Shown here one piece after another: positions 12,672-24,328 of a stretch of 64,000 bases of DNA (positions are counted from its first letter, which is position 1; the number at the start of each line of letters is the position of its first letter). Where the stretch lies: the NCBI GenBank assembly GCA_951406725.2, contig OX597818.1, forward strand, positions 6,820,001-6,884,000, read 5' to 3'. A model generated the notes under the pieces. The model was not told where the DNA came from. It made no database searches and saw nothing but the letters and a program-made list of their open reading frames with translations. A program made the position numbers and the translations under genes. This DNA comes from Octopus vulgaris. Taxonomy: Eukaryota.

Positions 12672-13935
12672 ATGGCGAAGGAATGTCTTGTGTGGGATTT
12701 AACACCTCCCAAAAATGGCTAAAAGATCTTGAAAGGAAGACGATGGTGTTGAGAACTTATTCAAAGTCGCTCGACACCATAACCGTCTTCCCGAAGGCAA
12801 AATTTTGAATGAGCTGGAAGAGTACATGCCAGCCATTAAATTCCTTTCACGGGGAGTCAAGTATGCAACGGTCTGGTTGCTATTTGACTCCCCCCAAGAA
12901 ATTGTGATTTTGCAAGCCAGCTCCTCGAGGGCAAGGAAATCATGTCCCTTCCTAGCTATTGTGGGAAGCGGTTATTGAGGGCTTGGATCTGCGGTTTGCC
13001 ACCCAGAATGGAGCCCGAGTGGATAGAGGACTCTATCCGCCGGGGTCTGGGTGGTAACAGTACCAAGCTGCTTAATGTGAAAGTGTTGCCTGCAGCTGAT
13101 TCGGAGGGGTCAAAACCTGTTTTGACCCTATGGACCCAATCAGCCGAAAGTCTGGTCTTTCCAGATTTTTTGAGGATGGCCGGGTCTAGGTATCCGGTGA
13201 TGTTCGAGGGACGCCCCCACGCAAGTGTCACCTGTGCCTGGAGACCGGCCACATTAACAAAAACTGCACAAAACTAAAATAGGATCCTGGAGCAGTTAAT
13301 AGTGGAATCTCTCCCTGCTCCCTCAATGGAGGGAGAGAAGGAGGAGGATGACGAGGAGGTTTCCACCACCTCGAAAAAATGAAAACAAAAGGTGGGCAAC
13401 AATGGTTGCCCGCCGAAGGACCCGAGGGCTGCGGGAGAAAAGGAGGACCTGCTGCACGCATCAAAGGAACCTCACCCTCTCGCGACCCAAGGGAAACAGA
13501 AAAAAGAAGAAAAACGGGACATTGCCGGCGGGTTGTGACACGCAGCCGGCGGGTTGTGACACGCTGCCGGCGGGTTGTGACACGCTGCCGGCGGGTTGTG
13601 ACACGCTGCCGGCGGGTTGTGACACGCTGCCGGCGGGTTGTGACACGCTGCCGGCGTTTCCCAATTCTCCTCCGGCGGGTGCGCCGCTGGAGGATGAATT
13701 TGTGGTCCTCTTCCACAAAGGTGGAACCATAGAAAATGAAGTCAAGAAAATGTAAAGGAGGGGCCGATGGGAGGGTCTTCTGTCCTGCACGGAGGACCCT
13801 GAGTGGCCTTCGCAGGTGGCTACGGAAGTCCTATGGGATAGTGATCTGTGCAGGATCATGAATTCCTTCCCGGAGGATTCCTACATATTTATGGCTGTGT
13901 GGTTCGGTCTGGAACCAAGTACATGCTTCAATTAA
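12672..13935 (+). pseudogene. Gag-like ORF1 (CCHC knuckle), frameshifted
   Basis: Track ORFs 12443, 12942 and 13348 join across frameshifts: LERKTMVLRTY..LPSYCGKRLLRAWICGLPP..YPVMFEGRP/RKCHLCLETGH. The VxFEGRP-C-x2-C-x4-H-x4-C pattern is typical of Tx1-clade ORF1. Confidence 0.7.
13518..13656 (+). repeat. 21-bp GC-rich minisatellite, 6.5 copies (TLPAGCD in the ORF1 frame)
   Basis: Unit gacacgctgccggcgggttgt, near-identical copies. Confidence 0.95.
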
Positions 13936-14341
13936 GCAAGGATACTGGTCGGCCGGATAACATGAACGAGTCTACAAAATGTGAAATATGTGACTTTTTG
14001 TGTAATGTACGGGGTTTATAACCTCATTGTGTTTTTAAAATGAAAGAAAAAGAAAAATAATTCTGAACATTGTATTTTTTATGCAAGAGGTTTATTGCCT
14101 CATTGTGTTTTCGGGGAAAAGGAAAAAGAACATTGTTTTAGAGAAGCGGAAGTCGGCGGGCGCTTTTCCTCTTCTCCCATCATCATCATTTTTGCATCAT
14201 TATCATTCATCCCATTAATGTCCGTGTCCAGCCCGCAAAGCTTCTATCTGTGTGATGCCCTTGTGACAAATTATATGAAATAAAGAAGCTTGCTTTCCAA
14301 CCACATGCTTTCACGTTCAGCCCCATTGAAAAATGCCCGTC

Positions 14342-14415
<74 letters not shown>

Positions 14416-14429
14416 GTATATATACATAA

Positions 14430-16578
14430 AGAGAAAAGATGGAAAAACAGGGAAGATTTGTTTTTCATGATTAAAATGAGTATATTAGTGTCATAATAAT
14501 AAAGATATACAATTTTGTACAAAATAAGATTTTGTTCTTTAAACATAATTAGAGTAAGAACCAGTTTCGCATTGCTCATCTAGTTATGGGTTGGAAAATA
14601 GGCATATTGCTAGGGGAAATACATATTACTAGGCAAGATAATTGTTCACTCATTTATTTTACAGTAAAAGGGATGTAAATCTGTAATTTTTATTTTTGGT
14701 CTGTATTTTTTCCTGGTTTATATCTTACAATAGAAGGGGCAAATCATTTATTTTTAATATGGTGTCATATTTAATTCTGGTTTATATTTTTGGATAAATG
14801 AGGTTCCTTTATTCAATCTTACTTGTCAAAAAAGCAAGTTGGAAAAATGGGAAAGTTATAAATTGTTGTTGTAATCGTTCTGGACATTCGTCAATGTGTC
14901 GACTTACATATATTTGGCGATATTGTGGGGAGAATATTTGTTGTTTGTGTACCGTACATCGCTGTCTGAACCACATTCCTGTCGAACCAATATAGTTTCG
15001 ATTGCAGCCCGAGCATCTGATTATGTAAATTAGGTTTTGGGATGCACAAGTGAAGTTAGATTTGATTTTAAATATTTGCCCTTGTCTGAAATGGAATTCC
15101 GATCCTTCTAACTGATTGGGACATGTTCCAGAATTAGGACAACTACACTTTTCGATTCTTGCATCCGTTGTTCTCGAGAATAGTTTGGCATTTGTGAGGA
15201 GCTTTCTTAATGTCTTACATGATTTGCTGCTCTTTTTATTGTTACGTATATTCTCCTTAAGTTTAGGTCCCTTATGGGGTATTGGGAGATTTTTGATGAT
15301 ATTAAATGCTTCTTTGTTTCTGGGGTTTTTTGTGGAGACATAAGGTACTATTATATGGGTAAGTGTTTTGTTGAGTTTGGCTTTTCTTAATGTTTTTATA
15401 TCAATCGATTTTGCACGTTTTATCCCTTCATTTATGAGTTGAGTTGGATAGTGCCTATCCTGGAGTACAGTTTTAAGCTCTTACAATCTTAGCTCTCTGG
15501 TATTTTTTCGGATACTATAGTGCAAAACCTTCTTGCAAGGTTGAAGGGAATATTTGTTTTGTTATGTCTGGTGTGACATGCGCTAAATAATAGCATCAGT
15601 GGTCTTGTAAAAAATGTCCCTTTCTATTGGTTTTTTTTTTAAATCAGTATGTCTAGGAATGTGAGTTCCTTGTGGTTGTGCTCCATTGTGTATTGTATGT
15701 TAGTGGTAATGCTATTGAGGAGTCTTTTGAACTCCAGGAGCTTATCTATTGTTTCTTTTCTCAGGATGAAGCAGTCGTCCAAAAATATTTTCCAATCTTC
15801 TCTTATGTAATGGGAGAGTGTTTCCACATTTTGAAAATGACTCCTGATATATTGATATTTCTAAATAACTCATTGTTAGATTGGCAATGGTTGGATCTGC
15901 CCTAGTTCCCATTGCAATTCCAGATTTTTGGCGATAAACAGTGGTGTCAAACATGAAATGGTTGCTTTGGAGGATGAATTTAATTGATTCAATTATGAAC
16001 TCTTTGTTGATTCGTTCTGGTATTTCTTCTGAATATTTGTCCATCCAGAAACGGATTGCTTCTATTCCATAGCTATTGGGTATGTTGGTGTATAAATTAA
16101 TCATATCGAATGAGACCATAGTTGTTTCCTTCACAACCCTTTCTGGACGGTGATTTAACATCTCTTGAGATGTTTTAGAAATGGTTTCAGGAGTATGTCC
16201 ATGAGGCAGCGTAATCGATGTGTTTCACAGGATGGTCCAGCTACAATGGGCCGTAAATTTCGGTCTCCTGGTGCTGCTGGATGTATGTGTGCCTTTAGGT
16301 ATTTTTTTATGGCTTTTGTGAATTTTAGGTAGACCATAGAATAAGTTGGGTTTACATCTAAAATTTGTCAAATGGTCTCTTTCTTTTTTCTGTTAAGTCT
16401 TTTCTGTAAAGAGGTTTTTCATTATTTTTTGCGGGGTGCAATTATTGATTTTTTCGTAGTGTTCGTCATTATTAAGTATGGACACTACTACATTTTTGTA
16501 GTAAAATGTGTCCATTACCACTACTGCACTTCCTTTATCCGCTTTTCTGATTGTTATTTCTTCATTGTTTTGTATTTC

Positions 16579-16580
<2 letters not shown>
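14430..16580 (-). mobile_element. Penelope-like element (Neptune-type RT + GIY-YIG), degraded
   Basis: IRKADKGSAVVVMD, FYGLPKIHK, LRPIVAGPSCET, VSFDMINLYTNIP, GIAMGT, FLDDCF, LTFLDILI, IPFNLARR, NLIYIIRCSGCNRNYIGST and YKPELN in order with frameshifts; (TA)n at both ends. Confidence 0.93.
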
Positions 16581-16614
<34 letters not shown>

Positions 16615-16714
16615 TCAATATAGGGTGGCAAAAAAAAAATTTTGTAGAATTCTTTTGCCACCAGCGGCCTAGTAGGAAAAAATTAAATAGTCATAGACCA
16701 TTTTTAAGTTTAAC

Positions 16715-17054
16715 ATCAACAATCAAGGAACGGCCATAATAGGCCATTCACCCACTAGAAATAACAGCCAAAGCTTCAACCGCAAATAAAAGTTAATTCT
16801 GTAAACCAGGAGAAAATTTTAAAAACATTTACCCTGTAATTTCTTATACGATATACCGTTTCATCTGCTGATTAATGGTAAACTAGGTTAGTTTACCATT
16901 AATCAGCAGATGAAACGGTATATCGTATAAGAAATTACAGGGTAAATGTTTTTAAATTTTCTCCTGGTTTACAGAATTAACTTTTATTTGCGGTTGAAGC
17001 TTTGGCTGTTATTTCTAGTGGGTGAATGGCCTATTATGGCCGTTCCTTGATTGT

Positions 17055-17058
<4 letters not shown>
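16715..17058. repeat. Near-perfect 344-bp palindrome (171/170-bp arms, 3-nt loop at 16886-16888)
   Basis: Arms are reverse complements apart from a 1-bp indel in a T run; sits between (TA)n arrays. Confidence 0.95.
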
Positions 17059-17128
<70 letters not shown>

Positions 17129-17132
<4 letters not shown>

Positions 17133-17433
17133 CATACAAAATTGAGAGGAATGACCACAAAAGTGGTCACCTAATATGCTAAACATAGACGTCAAATCGC
17201 TATTACCACGAAGAATAACGCTAAAATGTACAAATGAGCAAGACAAATGAAAATATACGAAATAAAAACAAGATTACCTACGTACCATGGCTTCACTTGT
17301 TAATATCTACGTAGTCTGTCACTTACAAAACACAATTTCTAGAACTACATTCGTGGTACTAGCAATTTGCCGTCTATGTTTAGCATATTAGGTGTCCACT
17401 TTTGTGGTCATTCCTCTTAATATTGTATGTTAC
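17129..17433. mobile_element. MITE-like fold-back element with ~80-bp imperfect terminal inverted repeats
   Basis: gtaacatacaaaattgagaggaatgaccacaaaagtgg...ccacgaa mirrors ttcgtgg...ccacttttgtggtcattcctcttaatattgtatgttac; embedded in (TG)n/(TA)n. Confidence 0.75.
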
Positions 17434-17464
17434 ATATATATATGTATGTATGTATGTATATATG

Positions 17465-17534
<70 letters not shown>

Positions 17535-18020
17535 CATACATGCACATATACGCACGTGTACTTATTCCTTAGCACGTTCGTATATGTACACACACAAATA
17601 GGCGTCTGTCAATACACTCACGACAGACACACTCGACTGCGATATTGGATATGATAAGGTGAAAAGTACTAAGTTATAAGCACTTTTAGTTAAAAACAAA
17701 AGCTTACGTCTTTGTAGACTATATACGTTGATACATGTGCTTCGAAAACTGATTTTAAGTTGCGATTACTGTATCAAAATTTGAAATTCAGACCTGAGGC
17801 TATAGTTAGCGGCACGTCGTTATATAAATTAATTTGGAAATTGAAGCAGGATTTGGAAGAATACACTAATACAGTGTTCATCATTCAACCCTATAGTGTT
17901 TGTAATAATAAATTCTCGTTTTTTATTGCAAAAATTTTGACGGACGTGGAGAATAAAGAAAATATTATCAATCGCTTTGATGAACTGATAATAATAAACT
18001 ACGTAACAACTCTTGCAGAA

Positions 18021-18228
18021 CGGCGAGCTGGCAATATCGTTAGCCTGCCGTGCAGAATGCTTACCGTCATTTTGTCCGTCTTTGCCTTCTTCTGCTTTCA
18101 AATGACGTCGAGGTCAACATCGCCATTCAGAGTCGTTAAAACAAGTACCACCAGTTGAGTACTGGGGTGGACGTAATCGACTTAACCACTTCCCCTGAAA
18201 TTGCTGCCCTTGTGTCAAATTTTGAGGA
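18021..18228 (+). mobile_element. SINE family B, diverged, alternative tail (cccctgaaattgctgcccttgtgtcaaa)
   Basis: cggcgagctggc head and aagtacc..actggggtggacgtaatcgactt core. Confidence 0.8.
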
Positions 18229-20084
18229 CAGAATTATATAGCAATTTTTTTTTTGCATCCTGACTAGCGTAGCTACCCACGAAGTCGTAAATGTTTAACT
18301 TCTGCTCTCCAACAAAATAATTGCTTTTTTTAGTTGGATGAAATATATTTAGGAGAAAGGTTATATTTTGATTTGATTGCTGTATGCTACTGCTATTCAA
18401 TTTATAGATAAAATGTGATGAACTACATAAATTACTTTCGAATTAAAACAATTTATTTAAATTAGATTTAAATATCATGTTCCTTACTAGTTCTTTTTAT
18501 GCTTTGCCACTAATCCCCATACGCTCTTCATGCAGTATATTCTAAAGCATCTCCATACAAATCGTTGTTTTCAAGCAATACGTCATGGTTTATTATTGTG
18601 ATTTAATTCACTTAAATCATTTACTAGTTTCAGAAGAAAGGTGTATCTGCTCTCGTAACACGGGAGAAAAATATTGTTGTTCTATAGATATTGTAGCTTA
18701 CGTAAACATATCACTAAGAATTTCACTTTGCACATATAACAATCTGTGGATAAATATTTGAATAGCTATACAAAATTTGTTAGCATTTATCTTGCCATAT
18801 ACACAAGAAACTACATCCGATTATCGTTGGTATAATTTATCTCTATAACATAATAATTCATTTTCTCTACTTCATTGGAATTCTTCTTGTGACTGTTTAC
18901 TCAAATTTCCCAACTGCAGGTATTGTAGTATTGTCATTGTCATGTTTAATATTAACAATGTTTGACCATTAGCTATAGTCCTCCTATTGGGAAAATTAAG
19001 AAAATAAATTGAAAAAGGTTTGCTTTAATGGATACGCTTAAAGCTGCTTACAATTGACTATACCTCTGACAAACATGGTAAATGATTGCTACCACTGTCT
19101 GACGACAAAAAATAAACGGTGTATTTTGACTAAAAGTCCGTGTAGATAGTATTTTGAATAAATATTAGAAAAAAATAATGTTATATACTGTACCTTATTA
19201 TTTATGTAAGGATAAAATGTTACCTTGTTTACGATTGCTGTTAATTCGGTAGGGAATTCAACGCATTCTGAGAAATATGGCAAATATGCCATAGTCAAGA
19301 GGAGAGAGAAGGAGAGAGAGAGGGGGAGGGAGAGAGAGAGGAGGGAGAGAGAGAGAGAGAGAGAGAGATAATGGTGTAAGATAGGAAGTGGTGTGTTATT
19401 AAGTCAGCAATGAATCTTAGTGAGATTTGAACATATATCTATCACATCGTCTATATTTCACTTTCCATTCTGGAATATGTAATTCCATTTAGCAGATGAA
19501 GTAAAATTGTATGTTTGCATAAATAATAATATACAGAATGTCAGTCAAGAGAGTACGTTGTTAAAAATGACAATATTTCTTTTTATAACGTAGGAACTGA
19601 TTTGCTTCTAGAACAACTGGAAAACAATTTGTCCAAAATTTCTGAGAATCAATGTGATATATTTCATTGTACCGAAGTTATCCGCTCCGCCCCACAAACA
19701 GAAGATAACATCGAACCATCTACAAGGCAACAAAGACTGTGTATTGGGCAATTTCGTGTTACACAACAGCGAACAGAAAGACAAACTACGTTGTCTGCAT
19801 CATAATAGTCACCTGACTCTGAGAGGTATACATATATACATCTATGTATACATATATATACATGAATATATAAATCTGCGTATATATGTGTGTCTGTGAG
19901 TGTATATATGTCTAAATGTTTTGGTGTATCTCTACAGATTTTCTATAGAATGTTGAGCCAGTACTGAATATTACGATGTAGCGTATACGAATACGTCTGA
20001 ATAAATAATGCAATCGAAGACTGAAAATAGATAATGGCTGTATATGCATATTTCAGAAGTTATATTCGTGAGTAGACAGTCAAA

Positions 20085-20740
20085 TAGGTAAATAGGTAGG
20101 TAGGTAGGTAGGTAGGTAGGTAGGTAGGTAGGTAGGTAGGTAGGTAGGTAGGTAGGTAGGAAAGGTAGGTAGGAAAGGTAGGTAGGTAGGTAGGTTGGTA
20201 AGTAGGTAGGTTGGCAAGTAGGTAGGTAGGTACATACGTAGGTAGGTACGTAGGCAGGTAGATATGTATGTATGTAGGTAGGTAGGTAGGTAGGTAGGTA
20301 GGTAGGTAGGTAGGTAGGTAGGTAGGTAGGCAGGCAGGTAGGTATGTAGATAGGTAGGTAAGTATTTATACGTAGGTAGACAATATATTGATAAGTAGGT
20401 AGGTAGGCAGGCAGGTATGTATGTAGGTATGTATGTATGTAGGTAGGTAGGTAATACGGACAGTGAAGTACATACACATAAGGAGATAGAAACAAATGAC
20501 CGTATATACACACACACTCCACATACATCTATATACACACACAAAGACACATAGTCATACACGCATATACAACAGGCGCACACACAAGGAAACAGAGTTA
20601 TACACACAAACACACACACATACATACATACATACATACATACATACATACATACATACATACATACATACATACATACATACATGCATACATACATGCA
20701 TACATACATACATACATACATACATACATGCATACATACA
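20085..20740. repeat. Compound tetranucleotide microsatellite (TAGG)n / (TACA)n
   Basis: Directly visible; source of the spurious YLPT and MYVC ORFs. Confidence 0.95.
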
Positions 20741-20741
20741 T

Positions 20742-21755
20742 GCATTAAAAGTGAACGGAGCCGTATATGCAATACAATTTAAGAAAGACCAGAGAGAGCA
20801 GATGGAGAAAATTTAACAGGACAAGAAAATGCACAGTCAGTTCTTGAAGAATAAAGATGAGATTGATTGGAACAGAACTTGTCAATGGCTGCAGAAACGA
20901 AATTTAAAAGGGGCCACTGAGGCATTAGTGCGCAGTGCTCAAGAAGAAGCTCTTAGAATAAAGTATTCCAAATATCACATTGATAAAAGCACTGACTCTC
21001 CACAGTGTAGGATGTGCTCTGAGAAAGAAGAAAGTATAAGCCATATTGTTATTGCAGTGTGCTCGCTCAACGCGAATATAAAAGGAGACACGACAATGTG
21101 GCCAGATATGTCCACTGGCTGCTGTACTGTAAAGCAAACCTCGAGAGAGCCGAACAATGGTGTGCTCAAAAGCCAGAGGGAGTAATAGAAAACGAACATT
21201 ACAATATACTCCAGGATTTTAACATACAGTGAGACCTTGTCATAGAGACAAGACGACCAGTTATCGGGTTCATCCATAAAGATGAAAAAGAAGTAAAGAT
21301 ATGTTTCTTTATTGGCCACACAGAGCTGAACACAGAGGGGACAAAATACAAAGTAGAGCTTTTATATTTTATATTTGGGAAGAAAAAAGAGGTCGGGTAG
21401 AATTTTACATGCTGCAATGCCAGGCGATTCGAGGGGGAAATGTAAGGAAACAGAAATGATTGAGTAATACCAGCCACTGCGGGACGAGATAGGTAAGTTA
21501 TAGGGCATGAGGAAAGTAATGGTGATACCGGTGGTAATTGAAGCATTAAGAAGAGTTTCCAAGGGTTTTGAAAAACATATTAAGAATATTAGAGCAACTG
21601 TCAGGCTTGAGGTGATACGGGTACAGCTCGCATTCTAAGGAGAGTATTGTCTCTGAGTCACAGGAGAAGACACTATTTGAAGTCTTTAGTAATTTGTTGT
21701 TGCCTGATTTCAAATAAAGAATAACCGGTAATTAAGAACTATCCGAGAGTCTTTC

Positions 21756-21760
<5 letters not shown>
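20742..21760 (+). mobile_element. R4/Dong-type LINE 3' fragment, another subfamily
   Basis: MHSQF..WLQKRNLKGATEALVRSAQEEALR..PQCRMCSEKEESISHIV..RRHDNVA..ILQDFNIQ..RRP..AMPGD..VIPVVIEAL..ILRRVL, then 3' UTR and a (TAA)n tail. Confidence 0.88.
21302..21400 (-). mobile_element. Short retroposon 3' tail inserted antisense into the Dong REL domain
   Basis: Interrupts KEVKI...AMPGD. Its reverse complement ends tttgtcccctctgtgttcagctctgtgtggccaataaagaaa, 32 of 42 bases identical to the SINE B tail at about 7928-7969 (hand alignment). Confidence 0.65.
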
Positions 21761-21835
<75 letters not shown>

Positions 21836-21922
21836 TATAAAATATAAAATATAAAATATAAAATATAAAAAAAAAAAAAAAAAAAAATACACCAGGAAAA
21901 TGTAGATAGAAGCCACACAACA

Positions 21923-24328
21923 ATGCCCAATAATATAAACACTGAAACTGTAAAACACGAAGACAAACGCAACATTCCCAACAAACACGATGTAAACAAC
22001 GAAGGGGAGCCTAATGATTATGATGATATAAAAAATAAAATAATCAAAGAACTAAAAACCACAGAGCTCAAAATGGACCACCGACCATACCTCCCAAGAA
22101 TAAAAATAAACGCAATAACAACACCAATTATAAACAACATAAACCTAGCCGTCACTGAACTAGCCACTGAAACAAAAAAAAGTGATATCACTGAACTAAA
22201 TGACTTGATATACGCAGCAGCCACTGCAGCCACAAAAGAAGCTGGATACTCACCCAAACCCGCCCAAACAGGAGTACCACCACCCAAACAAACCCTGTGG
22301 ATAAATAACATCCAAAACAAAATAAAAAAAATTAGAAAAGACCTGTCGATTCTTAATGAAATCAGCAAACAAACAACGCTACTGAGCAACAAAAAGAGAA
22401 CAAAAATGCTCCGCAAATATAACACCACAGAAAAAGATTTGCCGGAGATAAAAGAAAAACTGAAGCAAGATATCCTTGCCAAAGCTCAAAGGATCCGCCG
22501 GTACGAGAAACGCCAACGCTTCTTTGAACAGAACAAAAAGTTCAACTTCGACCCCAAAAAGTTCTACCAAGAACTGGGCAAAAATAAAATAGAAGTCACT
22601 GCAGCACCAACGGCAGAAGAATTGGAAGAATTCTGGAAAGAAATATGGTCGGCGAACGAACAGCCAAAAAAAAGGAGTATGAAAATAACAAACTCGGCAT
22701 CTGAACAACTTTGGACCCCCATAACAACTGAAGAGGTCACCCAGGCACTGCAAAAACTAAGCAACTGGAAGGCACCTGGGCATGACAAGATCCCCAACTT
22801 CTGGTTGAAATATCTAACAGGAATGCACAAAAAGCTGGCTGAAAACTTTAACAGCATACTGGCAGAGCCAGAGACAATGCCTGAATGGCTCACGAAGGGG
22901 AAAACCATCTTAATTCCCAAATCAAATGAAACAACAAAACCAGAAAACTACAGACCAATAACCTGCCTCCCTACTATGTTCAAGGCATTTACTGCAGTGA
23001 TATCGCAAAGGCTGAACAAGCACCTGGACGAAAACAAACTGTTCCCAGAAGAGCAGAAAGGATGCCGCAAGGGCTCATATGGCTGTAAAGATCAACTAAT
23101 GATTAATAAAGCCGTAATTGAAGACAGCCACAGAAAGAAGAAAGGCCTCAGTATGGCCTGGATTGACTACAAAAAGGCGTTTGATAGCATCCCCCACACA
23201 TGGATCCTCGAAACACTAGCCATTAACAAAGTAGCACCAACAATCATAAAATTCATAGAGCACTCTATGAATAAATGGCAAACAGTCCTACACCTCCAAA
23301 CAAAAGAGGGACTCATGAAAACCAAAGACATCCCCATTAGAAGAGGAATATTCCAGGGAGACACGCTCTCTCCACTCCTTTTCTGCTTGGCACTGTCACC
23401 TCTATCTGATATGCTAAATAGAACTGGATGCGGATATAAATGTTACGGCAAAACGATCAGCCACCTTTTATATATGGATGACCTAAAACTATACGCTGCA
23501 AATGACAAACAGCTGGAAACACTATTAAAGACAGTTCATGGATTTACCAAAGAAATAGATATGAAATTTGGATTAGAAAAATGCGCCAAAGTAACCATGA
23601 AAAGAGGAAAACTAGTTAAGAGTAGCAACATCACACTAGATAAAACCAATGAAATAAAAGAATTAGACCAAAGCCAAACTTACAAATACTTAGGAATCCA
23701 TGAACTAGATAAGACACAACACACACAAATGAAAGAGAAAATAAAGAAAGAATATTATAGACGAGTTAGATCAATACTAAAAACAGAGCTCAATGCTCAA
23801 AACAAGATAATAGGTATTAACACTTTAGCCGTCCCAGTTATAAGTTACAGCTACAATATCCTTAACTGGACACTAAATGAAATGACCAAAATAGATAGGA
23901 AAACAAGAAAAATAATGACAGGATCTAAAATGCATCACCCAAAATCTGACATAGAAAGGCTATATATACAACGTATAGAAGGTGGTAGAGGCCTTATACA
24001 GCTGGAAAACTACTATAAAATAACCACCATAGGACTGCAAAAATATCTACTTCAGAAGGAAGGAAAACTGATACAAATAGCGGCAAAACACGAGCAAAAC
24101 AAAAAACTGTTCTCAGTATTTAAGGAAGCTGAAAATACAAATAAGAAATCATACAACCTAACAAATATGAAGAAGAAGAAGAAGAAGAAGAAGAAGAAGA
24201 AGAAGAAGAAGAAGAAGAAGAAGAAGAAGAAGAAGAAGAAGAAGAAGAAGAAGAAGAAGAAGAAGAAGAAGAAGAAGAAGAAGAAGAAGAAGAAGAAGAA
24301 GAAGATAAAGAAACAAAAAAAGCTATAA
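21923..24328 (+). CDS. Dong/R4 reverse transcriptase ORF (true frame to about 24132; poly-Lys tail is a frameshift artefact)
   Basis: WKAPGHDKI, NYRPITCLPT, WIDYKKAFDSIPH, RGIFQGDTLSPLLF, HLLYMDDLKLYA, YKYLG. A 1-bp deletion relative to copy 1 (gctgaaaatac vs gctgacaaatac) shifts the frame. Confidence 0.9.
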   Translation: MPNNINTETVKHEDKRNIPNKHDVNNEGEPNDYDDIKNKIIKELKTTELKMDHRPYLPRIKINAITTPIINNINLAVTELATETKKSDITELNDLIYAAATAATKEAGYSPKPAQTGVPPPKQTLWINNIQNKIKKIRKDLSILNEISKQTTLLSNKKRTKMLRKYNTTEKDLPEIKEKLKQDILAKAQRIRRYEKRQRFFEQNKKFNFDPKKFYQELGKNKIEVTAAPTAEELEEFWKEIWSANEQPKKRSMKITNSASEQLWTPITTEEVTQALQKLSNWKAPGHDKIPNFWLKYLTGMHKKLAENFNSILAEPETMPEWLTKGKTILIPKSNETTKPENYRPITCLPTMFKAFTAVISQRLNKHLDENKLFPEEQKGCRKGSYGCKDQLMINKAVIEDSHRKKKGLSMAWIDYKKAFDSIPHTWILETLAINKVAPTIIKFIEHSMNKWQTVLHLQTKEGLMKTKDIPIRRGIFQGDTLSPLLFCLALSPLSDMLNRTGCGYKCYGKTISHLLYMDDLKLYAANDKQLETLLKTVHGFTKEIDMKFGLEKCAKVTMKRGKLVKSSNITLDKTNEIKELDQSQTYKYLGIHELDKTQHTQMKEKIKKEYYRRVRSILKTELNAQNKIIGINTLAVPVISYSYNILNWTLNEMTKIDRKTRKIMTGSKMHHPKSDIERLYIQRIEGGRGLIQLENYYKITTIGLQKYLLQKEGKLIQIAAKHEQNKKLFSVFKEAENTNKKSYNLTNMKKKKKKKKKKKKKKKKKKKKKKKKKKKKKKKKKKKKKKKKKKKKKIKKQKKL
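24169..24303 (+). repeat. Pure (GAA)45 tract inside the Dong ORF
   Basis: Counted from coordinates; the homologous site in copy 1 (about 4287) has (GAA)4. Confidence 0.95.

Larger units (their letters stand above)
12162..14282 (+). mobile_element. ORF1-only non-autonomous L1/Tx1-type retroelement (HAL1-like)
   Basis: 15-bp TSD with one mismatch (12147-12161 and 14283-14297); ~500-bp 5' UTR with a 32-bp direct repeat; frameshifted ORF1 from about 12672 with zinc knuckle CHLCLETGHINKNC (13226-13267); AATAAA at the 3' end; no endonuclease or RT sequence. Confidence 0.75.
12128..14342 (+). mobile_element. Family A SINE split by a 2.1-kb insertion (halves 12128-12161 and 14283-14342)
   Basis: gcaggcgtgaccgtgtggtaagaagcttgcttcc resumes as aagaagcttgctttccaaccacatg..gttcagcccc; joined halves match the head at 7376 and 25677. 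Confidence 0.85.

Noticed and set aside
13518-13656. CRISPR-like or iteron-like 21-mers
   Set aside because: Pure tandem minisatellite inside a retroelement ORF.
14555-14595. Hammerhead on the minus strand (ctaGATGAgcaatgcGAAAc)
   Set aside because: Core has an extra base and stems I and III do not pair convincingly.
24132-24328. Poly-lysine C-terminal domain on the RT protein
   Set aside because: Result of a 1-bp deletion plus GAA expansion; the native frame is poly-Glu.
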